Source: Paraspadella gotoi (taxonomy: Eukaryota; Animalia; Chaetognatha). Taken from it: 64,000 bases of DNA. Each line of letters begins with the position of its first letter. Position 1 is the first letter of the stretch. Shown piece after piece: positions 40,516 to 61,024 of the stretch. The notes below the pieces were generated by a model. The model made no database searches. It saw nothing but the letters and a program-made list of their open reading frames with translations, and had not been told where the DNA came from. The position numbers and the translations under genes were made by a program. The stretch is from the NCBI GenBank assembly GCA_051294375.1, contig CM119268.1:11366200-11430199 (forward strand), in the 5' to 3' direction.

Positions 40516-43500
40516 ATGCTCATTTCTGCGGAATCTCCTCATTTACGTTTATTACATACTATCCTCAAGACTTGTTTTGCAGGTATGGTTACAAAGAAAA
40601 CTATTTTTTTTCGTAAAAAACTACGTAAGCACTAAGTCAGGGTGTATATAAAAATAATTCTTGGTTACTTTACAGTTTACGTCGTTTTTACGAGTTTGTC
40701 GGAAAAAGGGCTGTCGATTGCAATAGAAGAAAAGAGTAGTTCCACAAAAGTAATTAAAAAGCTACCAGATGATCATCTCGGCGGTGCAAATAAAAGTTTG
40801 AAAATGATACTTTAATGAAACTTTAATTTTTTAGTTGGAGGCGGATGTCTACGTTAATAAAGAATATAATCATGAAGTGTAAGTTTAACAAGTGTAAGCA
40901 AACAACGTAACAAAATAGTAGTTAAACTAATGATATTATCTCATACTAGTTTTTAGACTAATTCTTCTACTGGGGTGGGACCCTATATCGAGACAAAACT
41001 TAACCTCCTGCCCTGTCTGAACGATTTGAGATACAATAATAAAATGAGTGGTAAACATTTTTTTCTGGCTCTTGACTTTTATATACAATGAAACCCAAAA
41101 AATTTTTAAGCAACTACAAGGCGTCGTGGATGTTTTCAAAAGAGGCGTTTTTATGCGCGAGCATTGTATTGCATATGATACAAGGCTTACAAGCCATACT
41201 TATTAATTTTTTTTTCAGGTAAGTAAGAAAATTTTATGAAGATTTTAACAAATATGCTTAAATCGTCAAATACTGTATTTTTTTACCGTTTCGACACTTT
41301 TATTATGCATTATGCATTTTTTACCGTTTTGACCCTTTCATTATGATTAACTTAATTATCTGACAATATCGTTAATAAATTTTTTGATAGAAATAAGTTT
41401 TAATAAAAATTAAACTATAACAGTAACTTACCCTAACCTTACCGACTTACTTTCCCTCTATGGTCTTGTGAATATGTTCGGTCAGACGTAATATATTTGA
41501 GCTGTTAAAGAACAGACAATTCACAATCTTTTAACATTTGCTAAAGCCTAAACTATATTAATTTTACATAAATCATTTTTTTCTGGTTTTATTAGGTTTT
41601 TAGGAAACTTAATCAAAAAAGGGACGCTCGAATTTAGCCTGATAGAGGAATATCGAAAGATGATCGTCATGTTTCATGAAATGGACACTGGCCAAGATCA
41701 TCGCCTTTCTATTCAAGTGAGCGATACGCCGAAGCGGTCTGACTCTTGCGTCAAGACACAGAAACGCACGCATAAATATTTTATTGTATTTTTCTTTTAT
41801 AATTTATGTTTATGTTAATTGTTAATTTAAATTTACGATCATCTGGGACGCCCCCACGGTTAGCGACATCGTTGATATTGAAGGAGGAAAATAACTTACA
41901 CGAGAAGTCTAGAACACCTTGAACTCGCCGGTTCCTGTTTTCTGCCCGATTCATAGTGCGAATATTATTAAGTTTGCTTCTTTTCTAGGAACTAACAGTT
42001 TGGATACATGATAGAATTATCGAACACCACGATCAACTTCAAAAAAACTCTTCCGAGTTATTTAAAAAACTCGACCCCAACGGCGAAGGCTTCGTAGAGT
42101 GGAACGCTTATGTTGGAATGCTATTAGGTGGTGGTTACTTAAATGGTACGTTTATTCTTAATTTAAATGTTTTTGGGTTCTTTGAAGGTTTTTTAGGCTT
42201 TAATTTGGTAATCTCAATATTTAGCGTTGTGTGTAGCGTTAGTGTATGTGTAACAAAGCGTGGTAAAAATTTAAAAATAAAATTGACTTTTATCATCAAG
42301 ATTATGTCAGTAAGATTTTTTTTCAGTGCCTCTCATTAACTAATAACTAATTACCAATAAGAAATATTGTCTATCTTATCTGTCTATTGTACAATCTTTT
42401 GTTTCATATTTTGAAAACATTTACTGGAAAGATAAACAACGGAAGAAGCGAGAGAGAGGCAGAGATTTTTAGTCATTCCATTTTGTTCTTCATTACATTA
42501 GCGAGATATCAACTGTTCTTAATCTTATTTTGTTTCAATTAATTCGGTAAACTGCACGACAAATCAACAATTATTTCAGGTAACTCCACTAAACCAGACT
42601 AGTCAAAATATGCAAAACCAAGCTCTCTAATTGACATCTATAGGGGGGGTGGTCAAAGGTCAAAGGGCACGTCTCGTTACCTTAGTCACAAAGATCTCTT
42701 TCAACGAAATACACAGTGAAGCCTTAGTCGTCGTCGTCGGCATTCTTTTCTCTCTTTTGATTCAAATCGTGCGCCTAAAAAAGTTTTGAAATTGTCTAAA
42801 GGCCATCTAATTCTATCATTTTTCGGCTTCTCTTTGCTTATAACGAGAAGTTTCTTCTACCCCGACAGGAACCGACACTGCATTGCCCGACGAGCGAAGC
42901 AAGTGGGAAAAATTCGACCAAACACCAGGCGATAATAAATTAACTTACAAAGAATTTACCGCCTTTTTTCATCCGGCATTAGATCCTGAAACGGAGGTAA
43001 AGCATGTACACTATTATTAGTTTATTATTATTAGTTTTGAATCGACGTACGTATAATTATAATGAATATACGACCTGCACTAAACCCTTTAACAAAAAAT
43101 ATAATTAATTTATTCTTATTTTAAAATTATTTATATTTTTTTAGTTTAGAATACAAATTATAATAATTTTTTAAAAGTTGCTAAGTTTTGATTTACTACG
43201 TGAGGTTCTGGACTGAAAAGTTAAATAAAAGTAAACTAGTTTGAGCAAACATTGAAGGATCTGCCCACGGTCATTAGCGGTAATTAATTAATTAATTATT
43301 AATTAATTAATACAAACTATATAAATTAAAATAATAATTTAATTAATAAATTAATTAATTTGATCCGAAACGTTTGTTTTTAGGTCTTTTAGACTAGTTA
43401 CATATACAAAATTCCAAGTCAATCAAATTTTTTGCATAATTTTTCATAATTCGATAATCTGAGATGATGTAGGTGAAGTTATCGGGATCGAACTTTAATC

Positions 43501-46046
43501 AAACTTTAATTTAGTTTTTACTTTTTAATTTGGTTTTATTTATTCATTGCATTTTTTAAGGACCAAGAATTTAGTAAAAAATATTTTTTAATGCAAAAAT
43601 AAAATAATGGATCATGTAAAAATTTAGGTAGGATCAACTAATTTTTTTTTGATAATTAATAAAATTTTATTTCCGCTACAATAAAAGATAGCAATATTTT
43701 TACCACTTTCCTGTCCAAAGAAAAATTTATGACTATCATCATTCAAATATCGTTGATGATAGACCCTTAAGCTTATGATATCATTTTTATCACTGTGTCC
43801 CCTTAAACGTTTTCCCATCATTGATCATCATATCAATAATTTGTTATCATCGTATCAACTATTCATCATCACATTTAAGTAAGTAGAAAGAGTTTTCAAC
43901 ATAAAACCACTACACCTTAAGATTTTTACTTAGGGGTACAGCCAATATGAATACTTTGTTTCTTTTTAAGAACTTCGCTGCCGCGATGATATCAGATTTC
44001 GATACGGATAATAGCGGAAATATTTCGTTTGCCGAGATAGCTTCTCCTTTACCAACTACGGAACCGCCTGACCGGAAATAGCTAAACTCGACAAAATTTT
44101 CATTGAAGAGATAAAACAGGCATTTAGGGATGACCTCGACAAGAATGGGGACGGCTTCGTCACCCAAAAGGAGTTAGAGGTGACTGTTAAACACGAAGAT
44201 GTCATGACTTTATTTTTACTGTACTAGGTGACACACTGAAACCCGCTGCTAGAAAAAAAAATCGCCATTGGCGAACCTATGTTTTTTATTTAAAAAAAAA
44301 GTTAAAATAATATGGCAATGAGCAGAAAAAGGTTACTTTTTAAAAATAGTTTTTCATTCAAAAAGTTCATTAATATTAAGATAACTGTTCAATTAAAAAT
44401 TGTTAAAGAGACGGTTTGGAATAATTATTAATTTATTATTATCTATTTTAATTTAGTTTTTCTTAAGCTTTTTTGATATTTATATCAATAATAATTGGTT
44501 ATATTATTATAATTAAAATAAATAAGATATTTAAAAAAATATATTTTATTATTTTAATTTTGATATCTTAAATTAAATTATTTTGATTATATATTTTTAA
44601 ATGTATTATTCTTTTTTCTAAAAGCTTTCAGAAGATATTAATATTGATAAAGTATTGTAAAAGTTTTTTAATAAATGTTTAGAAAGTTAGATAAAGGGGT
44701 TAAAGAAAAAAATTTTGAGTTTTAAAATGAAAAATAATTTTTAAGGAAACCTTTCTCCGCTCATTGCCAAATCAAATCAAAACCAATTAATATAAAATTT
44801 GGATATATAAATGATTTTGGCTTTTATTAGAAAAAAAAATTTTAAATTATGGCGATTTTTTTTTAGCAGTGGGGTATTGTGTGTTACCTTATACAGGGAG
44901 GTCCATCTCTTTTAGGATTAATTTTAAAAAATCGTTTTGACGGGTAAATAAAAAATTATTAAATGAAAATTGGTGCTTTTTTAAAAAGTTGTAATAACTT
45001 TACAATCAATTAAAGAGATTCACATTTGGTAACCATAACCTTCAAGTGGCCAGAAAAGACGGGATATGCTTTTGGGACCGTGCCCATTAGGAATGCTATC
45101 ATTTCTGCCATTATTGTTATTGTCAGAAAGTCAACAATTTTACAGGGGATGCGTGAGACATTTTGCTTCTCTGTCCGACATTTTCATTAATCAGGGGGAT
45201 TGCAGTCAGAAAAACTGCGCGGCCAAAAGTTAGAAGTCACTATCCTTCATCTGAATTTTCGTTAAAATTTTTTTAAATTTTGTAAAGAAGCAGAGCAAAG
45301 AATTTTGACATGTCATACAATTACAGTAGTTGCTGATGAATTTTTCCAAAAATTTTTATATCGATTAAAAAATTTTACTTAGTTTTCAAAAATTTTTTTT
45401 TTCTTTTATCTTAAACCGTTTACGTGCTGTAAACACAAAAGTTAGTCCCATTAGACCTGGACCTCCCTGTACTTTAATGTTTTCAGAGAATTATGATGGC
45501 CGCTTTTAACTCGATTGAGGCCGATTTGTTTTAATTCTCTTTTACTCGGGTATTTTAGTCGGGTATTGCAATATGTTCACCGCGCCTATAAGCATGTAAC
45601 CTTCAGTCGTGACTCGGTGGCTCATTGAGTAAAACCCTCAGCTCATGACCATAAAGTCCCGATATCGATCCCCAATGGTACCTACTTTGCGGGAAGCTTG
45701 AGGACGTCCGTAAACCGCCTTGGGGGCGTGAAAAACCCTCAAGAGGGGGTTATAGAAGTTGCAAATAATCATCTTCAGCCCACTTAGCGCCTTATCCTTT
45801 CAATTAATTCAAGGCTCTTTACGCAGTCGTGTTCAGAATGGATTTTTATTATTTTTAATTTAAGAATTAATATTTTAATTTCAGGATTATTTAGACCCTC
45901 GTCACCTTCATTACGCTGAAATGGAAGCAACCTATCTCCTTAGAGTTTCGGACATCGATCATGATAACGAATTGTCTGAGTTAGAAATGCTTTACAATTT
46001 TTCGCTTTTTGCTAAATCGAACTTATACACTGAAGAAGGAAGCTAA
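40516..46046 (+). CDS. SDF4: CREC-family multi-EF-hand protein, Cab45/SDF4-like
   Basis: Exons encode KLPDDHLG, LEADVYVNKEYNHE, FLG..MFHEMDTGQDHRLSIQ, FKKLDPNGEGFVEW, DNKLTYKEFTAFFHP, DLDKNGDGFVTQKELE and DYLDPRH..SDIDHDNELSELE. One frameshift lies near 44072. The start is tentative. Confidence 0.8.
44222..44893. mobile_element. MITE (Tc1/mariner type, TA TSD) in a Cab45 intron
   Basis: Left end TA-ctaggtgacacac..gctgcta.aaaaaaaatcgccat; right end atggcgattttttttagcag..gtgtgttacctta-TA. A related right half lies at about 50010-50273. Confidence 0.75.
44892..45471. mobile_element. Second MITE abutting the first and sharing its TA
   Basis: Terminal inverted repeats TAcagggaggtcca ... tggacctccctgTA. 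Confidence 0.8.
45606..45800 (+). mobile_element. Degenerate tRNA-derived SINE-like element
   Basis: A-box-like ggtggctcattgagtaaa, anticodon-like ctcatga, degenerate B-box gatatcgatcccc, then a GC-richer body. Confidence 0.45.
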
Positions 46047-46872
46047 CGTCGTAAATTTTGTCAATCAATTGTACCGTATTTTCTATAAATATATTACTTG
46101 TATTTAGTACTAATAATAAATTCCACCCTTAAATTAAAATTAGTTTTATTTTAAGCACTACGATTTAAAAAAAATTATTGTACAATTTGAAACTTGAAAC
46201 GAGTTAAAATAGCTTAAATTTTCAGATTAAATATAATAAATATAAGTTATTTATTTAGCTTCGACTTAGTAGTTTCGATGGCAGAGGAACACGTGGATTT
46301 TTTATATACGAACGTGGGAAAAAAATCAGTTGGAGTCGCATTTTGTTTGCTTTCAGCCACTGGATTATTTCGATCTAAATAAAATGAAATATCTTTGGAT
46401 TTTTTTTATTTGTAGTGTATACGAACTCAAAAATTTAAAAAAATATTAATGCAAACCGTTGTCGCTTTTCCTAAACAACCCGCGTCGCCGCAAGAAAAAT
46501 ACATTTTACAGAATCGTCCTATAAAAACTGACAATTACTACATTTAAATAAAGAGGTATTTCATAACTGATTTTGTCATTACTGACTACCATCATTGACG
46601 ATTGTGTTAACAAATCTAAACGAGAGTCCCAGTTAGTGTAAACTGCTACAGCCACCTCATTATTGTTCAGTGTTCAATTGAACTGTTCAATGTTCAGTGA
46701 TTTATTAGTTAATTAAATTATTTATTAATTAACGAATTTATTATTTAGTTTTCTATCAAGAATCTCCGGCTTTTAAAGTTTCGATTGGTTTTCCACGACG
46801 GCACATGAACCCTTCTCGTTATTTTCGACATCTCTTCGCGCATTCTGTCGCGCATTCGATAATCAATCGACG

Positions 46873-48859
46873 ATGTCATTCGTCAATTCCGCGCTTTACT
46901 CGAATCCGCGCGCCGAGTGCGTATTTCTTGCGCTCGTGTCGGCGATCACGTGGTCTTTCTTCGATCTCATGTCTGGTGTTAACGCCCCGGTAGACGTTTA
47001 TCTCATAGTCATCTTCATCGGCCTTGGCATCACGGCGACGGGCGTTTGCGGCGGGATCTTCGGCGGGGGGCGGAAAGCGGTCTTAGGGGCGCTGACCGAG
47101 ACGTCATGGAAGGGCGTCGTCGCGGTGGGCGTGGGCGCGAGCTGTTCGATGCTCGATAATCTCTTGTATATCATCGCGCAAAAGGTAAAAATGAACGACG
47201 GTTTTTGGCGTGATAATTTGTAGGGTTAGATATCTGATTAAAAGTATTTTGTTTAGGAAATAGTACGTAGTACGTAGGGAGATAATGCTGTTGACTGCTT
47301 ACTATAAAAACTATAAAAACATTATTGGTAAAATTTTTTTTTCGCCGACTCAATGGGGTGAGTAAAAAATTTAGAATGATTACATGCTCAAACGAAAATT
47401 TATACATTTTGAAGTATACTTTCAATGGACAAAACATTTTTTCTGTGGCTCTATACCTAAATAATTATTTTTTTAATATTTATTTATAAATAGGAAAGTC
47501 CAAATTTTTTTTCGATAATTTTTAAATTTTAAGACCAGATTCAGATAGCTCATAAAGAGTTGTCTACACAAAGTATAATTCTTTTTTAAATATTTTCATG
47601 ATAAGCAAGTCAAAAATAAGAAAAACCATAAAAATCATCATCATCATCATCTTTGGATGATTATCAGTTTTTTTACATTTTCACATAGAAAAGGTAAGAA
47701 TTTTTAAGAGCTGTAATTATATTTCTTGTTTAACTTTTAATGCTCTATCAGAATCCATCAAAAAATTGTAAGATTTCCAAAAAAAATTTTATAATGTAAA
47801 AAAAGACAAGTAATTTTTAATGTATTAATCAAGACGTATAATGTAAATTTTTTTTGGAAAATGATTGCTTAAATATTTAGTCAAGACAACTAAAAATATT
47901 TTGCTAATAGTCAAAATTTTATATTATCTCTGGAGTTGGTCCCTAACTGGAAGTTTTGTTTTTTTTTTAAATATTTAAAAATAAATATAAAAAAAATTAA
48001 ATTATTACCCAGTTATCTTAACCCTAAACCCTAATTACCCCTAACCCTAATCACCCTTAACCCTAAACCACCCCTAACCCGAGTCGGCGAAAATAAAATT
48101 ATGCTACTAATTAGTATATAATTTATCTGAACGTCACCATTTTCTCAGTACGTTCCCGTCGGCGACGTGGCCCTATTCTTCTACCTCAGTTTCCTCTACA
48201 CTTCCTTCGTCGAATCCGCGTGGCGTCGTCGTCGCCCCTCGATTGTTCGCTTCGTTTGTCTTGTCCTCTGCGCGGGCGGCCTCCTCCTCGTCACCCAACC
48301 CTCCTTCCTCTTCCACAGCTCCTCCAACACTTCCTCCGCCTCCTCCTTCGGTTACCTCATGGCCTTCCTCACGGGACCCTTGTACTCGGCCAACGTGCTT
48401 CTCATCAGCGCCTTCAAGGAAATCCCCTGGTTTCTTTGGATCATCGTCCAAGGCGTCTTTCTCAACATCTGCGGCGTCGCGGGCGGCGCAGTCTCTGGCG
48501 TCGACTTTCGCCACGTTCTCGCATTCGGCGTCTCCTTGACGACGCAGTCTGCGCTCGACGCCGTCGGTCGCGGCTACGCGGTCTTGTCGACGCAAGCGTA
48601 CAGCGCCACCCTGGCGGCCGTCGTGGGCGTGACTCAGGTTCCGTTGTCTTACGTCTGGGGGTGGATCTGGTTGAGTGAGACGATGAACGTCGTCAAGGGG
48701 GTTGGGATCTTTGTCGTCCTCGGGAGCGTCCTCGTCGTCATCGTCGATTCGTCGCGGGAAAAGTGGGAGGAAGCGGAACAGAAGGAGAAAGAAGAGAAAA
48801 AAGAGGAGGAAAAAGAAAGTAATACGAAAGGAGAGAAGCAGTTGCTGAGATGCGACTGA
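46873..48859 (+). CDS. EamA/DMT (SLC35G-like) transporter, paralogue 2
   Basis: Exons 46873-47184 and 48149-48859. The N-terminus YSNPRAECVFLALVSAITWSFFDL matches paralogue 1 YSSPKANCVFLSFLTALSWSYFDL. Also contains YVPVGDV, LVTQPSFLF and TQVPLSYVWGWIWL. Confidence 0.8.
47331..48100. mobile_element. Inverted-repeat-bounded element with degenerate (CCCTAA)n
   Basis: tttttcgccgactc (about 47338-47351) pairs with gagtcggcgaaaa (48081-48093); a telomere-like tract lies at 48019-48080. Confidence 0.5.
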
Positions 48860-50009
48860 ATTCGACTCGCGGGTAGATTTAAATTAAGACTCGTTCAAAA
48901 ATATACAAATGTTTTAAACTCTTTTATAAACATTTTTATTTAATAAAAATTTTACATTATCTTTCACAATTTGATGAAAAATTTAAATAAGTTGGAATAA
49001 GTTATTCAATCTCATTTCCATTCGAATTTCAGTTCATTTTTTTTTCTCTCGTCTTTCTCCACAATTCTTCCACTTCTGTGTACACTTTCCTACTCAGTGA
49101 ATGGTATGAAAAGCTTGTTTGGAAACGTGCTTCCAAAGCAATCGTATTTCTGATCTTGTTTTTTTTTTTTTTTTTTTCGCGTTGAAACGTGAATTAAATT
49201 TGAGACGAAATACAGCAGGTTCAAAAATTTATAAAAGCTGAACAATATTTTAACAGATAACGTAAAACAATGCATTTCGTTACAAAAACTTTGTTAACCA
49301 TTTCGTGCAAAAGTAAATACGATCACAAAATTGAGCAGCGTATAGTGCAGAGAAAAATTGTTTAATATTTAACTAATTAGAAGTATACTAAAGGACTAAA
49401 GAAATTTGGTTACATTTATAAATTTACAATTTCCGTAATATCAGATCTTGTACAGAAAAATTTTTCGGGAAAAGGTTTGGCGTTTTAGCTCTTGCTATTA
49501 ATAAAACTGCAGGCAGCTTCAGAAAGCACGTAATAATTACCATTTCGTTCCTTGAAGATTTTGAATGAGCCTCTTGCCATTTTATTAAAAGCCACAGATA
49601 TACTAATGCAATGATTCGCCCCCCGACCCCTCGGCGACTGACTTGCCGCGACGGACGTAATACGAAATTTCCAGCGGATAAGTGGGAACGGCCGATAGAT
49701 GGACGATGGACAAACAAAAAAAAATCGTTTGATTTTGAAGTCTTAAAAGTTGAAAAACCATTCTTTTTTTTCGGTTTCTGAGGTAATTACGTATTTTAGT
49801 AATTACCTGGTATTTAATGATTAAAATGGATTCTAAAAATGAAAAGGTTTAAGATTTTTTTCATTTATAATAAAAATAATCATACGTAATTTTGATATTA
49901 TTAAATATAACTATACAAATTTTTAATTTGATAATTATCTTAGTTCTATTACCTTTTTTGATTTAAAGCTGGATAGGTTAATTTTAATATTATGCCATTC
50001 TTTTCATAT

Positions 50010-50273
50010 TTTTAAGAGCTTTCAGAAATGTAAAATTTTTCTAGAAAATATTTAGAAAGTTAGACAAACAGATTAATGAAAAAAATTTGAGTTTTAAAAT
50101 GAAAGACGATTTTGAAGGCAACTTTTTCCCGCTCATTGCCAAGTCAAATCAAAACCAATTAAAATAAAATTTGGATATATAAATGACTTTGGTTTTTACT
50201 TCAGAAAAAATCTTCACAAGTTTGCAAATGACGATTTTTTTTTTAGCGGCGGGTTGTCGTGTGTCACCTTGTA
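50010..50273 (+). mobile_element. Partial copy (right half) of the MITE at 44222-44893
   Basis: Shares agctttcagaa, tttagaaagttaga, ccgctcattgccaa.tcaaatcaaaaccaatt and the terminal gtgtgtcaccttgta. Confidence 0.75.
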
Positions 50274-50747
50274 CCAGGACTGGAGAAAAGACTACAAAGT
50301 TTTTGGGGGTTGTAGCTGGAACGTTGGACAAGGTTTTTGTAAAATGTGTGCGGCATTAAACGATGATAGTATTCCGAGGAAGTCTTACCAAGATCTGGAA
50401 AGTTTCTGGTCAAAAACGAACGATTGTTAGCTCGATGTTAATTCTCAATTGGATTGAATATTTTTAGTGCATAAACACTTAAACAGTGCACACCTCGACG
50501 GTATATGACACCTAGTCTGCTAATCCATCCATAAATCAATTTGTGAACTTAATACGTTAAACAAAAAGGATATCTACCATACACGTTTCAATAATTTGGT
50601 GTTAAAGGTCAATGGAAAAAACCTTGAAAAAGTCGTCACCAAATAACAATTTTCAGAGTTTTGGCCAAATCCGTTTCAGAAGAATGTTAACGTTACATTA
50701 GTACCTAAAATTAGTACAATACATAGGTACAATTAGTACCTACAATC

Positions 50748-52615
50748 TCATTGAACTTGCTCTCCAAACAGTCCGACCTCCGCCCGTTTTCTCACAACTC
50801 TCCTCGATAAGATGTAACTCCACGTGGCGAGCATCTTCTCGTACTTGGAGCCAAAGTGGATGTTGGCCTCGTCATCATCAAGATCTTTGAGATCGACCCC
50901 GAATGCCGTGAGGTCGACCACGTGTGGCCGCGCTCGCTCCCAACAACAGGCTCGTCGACAGTAAAATCGCAGCAACGTGAAGAGCGAATCCATGGGATAC
51001 TCGAAGATGAAGTCGTGTCGACGATAGCACCACATCTTTTTGGATTGTTCTTGAATCTCCCTGAGGTAAATTAAATGGACAAGGGAATACTCATTTTAAT
51101 ACTCATTTCAACTGTTTGTCCATTTGTCTGTTTGGCAATTATTTGAAAGTTAGTAATTACATTTGATTTGTAACTCATCTTTTGAGATCATCTGCGACCA
51201 ATCGTTTTTTATTTATAAGCTCAGAATATATATTAAAATAAAGTCAAAGAATAGTCCTTTATAATTATATCCTATATGGTTGTTTACAGTTTTGTTTACA
51301 TGTTGTTAAGATTAAAGGTTAGCCAGCCGCATTTAATTTAAAATTAGTCTACAAATAGTTAAATGTATGGTGGACTAAAATCCACCAACCGTTCATCAGC
51401 GACCATTGGTGCCGGAGGCAAGTCATTCGCCTCCCAACCCAAAGGTCCGGGGTTCTGCCCGGTGGTCGCCTAGCAGTTAAGAGGGTCGGGGCGCTTAACC
51501 CGCCTGTAACATGGTGTTACAGCCTGATCCGAAAGCTCAGGGACTGCTTATATTTGAACGTTTCTGTCACTAACACAATAACAATAATTACTGTCTCTTA
51601 TTGATGAGCCCGACTTCGAACACAACAGCAACAACAACACTTTCAGGCGACATGCTCAACCTGGCGATGCACTTTCCGCCCACAACACATCAGGCGACAT
51701 GCCTCACTTGGTGACGAACTTTCCACCAACAAACAAACATTCACTGAGAGACGCAACAGACTTCTCCCTACGGGAGGGGGGGATGTATGGTGGACTAAAA
51801 TCCACCAACCGTTCATCAGCGACCATTGGTGCCGGAGGCAAGTCATTCACTTCCCAACCCAAAGGTCCGGGGTTCTAGCCCGGTGATTGCCGAGCAGTTA
51901 AGAGGGACGGGGCGCTTAACCGCGCTGTAACATGGTGTTACAGCTGATCCGAAGCTCAGAGACTGCTTATATTAACGGTTCTTTCACTAACACAAACAAT
52001 AATTACTGTCTCTTCAAATGTAACTAAATAATTAAAATGTAATCAACACTCTCTTATAAAAATTACCTGAATGAGAAGTTGAACATTGCAATCAGCATTT
52101 TCATAAGTATTAAGTTAGCCATACAAACATAGAGCGCTTGAAAAGCTGGTATTGCAATGTATCGCATAAAAGGAAATCCATCCAACTTTTGTAATTCGTC
52201 ATCGGTTATGATGTTGTAAGTGAACAGGTTGTAGTAAGGTCGAAAAACCAGCTTAGCCGTGACCCTCAAGCTGACTTCGGCCGTGTTGTTGGGCAAAGTT
52301 TCGTTAGCTTCCCCCATCCAGTGTCGGACGTCATTGCGGTCAAAAACTTGGAACATGCAGACGCCGTAGGGAAATGAGAAAACCACAATAAAAGCCATGA
52401 ACACTAGGACGTCCTTCATCATTTTCTGGAGAAGGTAAGTCTTGGTTCCGATGATGGGAAAGGCTTCGTACATTTGAAGGAACTTGACGCAGATGCAGAG
52501 GTAGAAGAGGAAGATGACGGCGAGTCGGACGAGGTCGTTGTCGGTCAGCTGGAAGAACACCACCGGCAGGACCACCGACACCACGAACAGGATGAAGAAC
52601 ATGTCCAGCAAATTC
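50748..52615 (-). CDS. Second (distal) S3-S6 pore and TRP-box/C-terminal exon cassette of the TRPM-like gene
   Basis: Exons 52615-52067 and 51060-50748 are intact, have canonical splice sites and have the same phases as the proximal cassette: WNLLDMFF...MLIAMFNFSFR/EIQEQSKKMWCYRR...EQVQ*. Confidence 0.85.
51365..51599 (+). mobile_element. tRNA-derived structured repeat, copy 1
   Basis: Hairpin tggtgga-ctaaaa-tccacca, then a tRNA-like head gcgacca...ggttct(a)gcccgg-tggtcgc, a structured body and an (aat)n tail. Confidence 0.8.
51785..52015 (+). mobile_element. tRNA-derived structured repeat, copy 2
   Basis: Near-identical to copy 1. Confidence 0.8.
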
Positions 52616-53058
52616 CTGGATTAAAAAGTGGCTCGTTACCATTGCGACAATAATTGTAAATAAAAAAATGTAAGCTATTGTCGTGACAACACTTTCATCG
52701 AAACACAGAATTAAAATTTAGTTCCAATATCGGATAATGTAGCGTTTTAAGTTTTTAGTGAAAGCAAATAAAATAAGGCATTTTGTAAAACTGGGACACA
52801 ATTCAATAAGCCTGTGTTGCAGGTTTTTTTCTTTTTAATAAAGCAGAAGTAGGCCGCAAGCAGACAGAAGGCATTCAGTTAAGATTGATAAAAATAACGA
52901 ACATTTGGGTAAAACATGCAAACATCAAATTATTACATACATTAAACAAGTTTTGTAGCACGTTAAAATATAAAAGGAAACCGTTGTAAAGTAACAAAAA
53001 GTGTTTTAAAAAACCCTTATAATTATAAATTATTGAGTCCGAATAACCAGACATCTTT

Positions 53059-59994
<6,936 letters not shown>

Positions 59995-61024
59995 CCTGTG
60001 GCGAAAAATATGGACAGATTCTCTTGAAAAATATTTTTTTCCATTTTTCGATTTCTGATTTCGTCTCCATTTTTATTTTTGATCTGCGAAAAATTTATTA
60101 TCATTTAAATTTAATATCATTTAAATTTTTTAAAACAATATTATGTATAAAGCGTTCAATAAGTTACATATTACACCTACATATTACAAATTATTTTTTG
60201 GAGAGAACATATTCTTACATCTATGATCACTTAGCTATTTTAAATTAAAACTTTCATTATTATATTGGTGAATAAAATATTATAAAAATTCATGCACAGT
60301 GAATGAGAATAAATACATTTATTGCTTTAAACAAAAGTACAGCCACGCGATGCATAGCAAATATTAACTTATTTGGCCAGTCAAACATCCCCGGGAGAAA
60401 TGAGCAGGCAGGATTAGTAAACAAATCCCGCGTGGGGACGATCTAAGTGATTTCGTCACCGGACGAGCGAATGTGCTGTCACTAGAGGCTGAGAGAGAAG
60501 CGCAGGTGCTGGTATTCACGATGCAGCCAGCGGCGCCGGGGTCTTGCACAAAACGGAAGAAACGAGGAACGATTCGCAAATGAGATCCGGTCGCGCACGG
60601 GATCCAGTATTTTCTTCAATTTTCATTATTTCGCGGTGATTTCAAAGATGAAAATAGGAAATGTTATTTTTTAAATTTATTTACATTTTTATTATCGGTT
60701 TTTCAGTATAAATCACCAAGTTAATCTTGTAATCTGTATATTCATTGGATTTCTTTAAATTACAGTTTTGTCTTTTGTTTGTTTTCTGTTGTGCATTCTT
60801 TCGATAGAGGACTCGCGAAACTAAGTGAACGTGTTCGTAAACAATTGCCCCTCTCCTTTTCAAAAATTAAAACGGGTCACATGTTAAAAAATGTTTTAAT
60901 AATTGAACACAGTAACAATAAATTCGAATTGAATATTGTTTCAACTTTAACATCGGGTGTTTGGTACGTTATGGTTTTTAACTTTAACTGATTTGGTTGT
61001 TTTTCCAAATCCACGCAACGTCAA

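Noticed and set aside
44060-44080. Frameshifts suggesting pseudogenes or programmed frameshifting (Cab45, KDELC, LG gene)
   Set aside because: Single-base indels occur across several otherwise conserved genes, which is more consistent with consensus errors.
51394-51470. Functional tRNA-Gly gene
   Set aside because: The anticodon stem does not pair, and it is embedded in a repeat with shared flanks. Treated as tRNA-derived.
51380-51570. Hammerhead or HDV ribozyme on the minus strand of the tRNA-derived repeat (CTGATGA, GGCGAATG)
   Set aside because: Could not build the required helix II-GAAA or nested pseudoknot topology.
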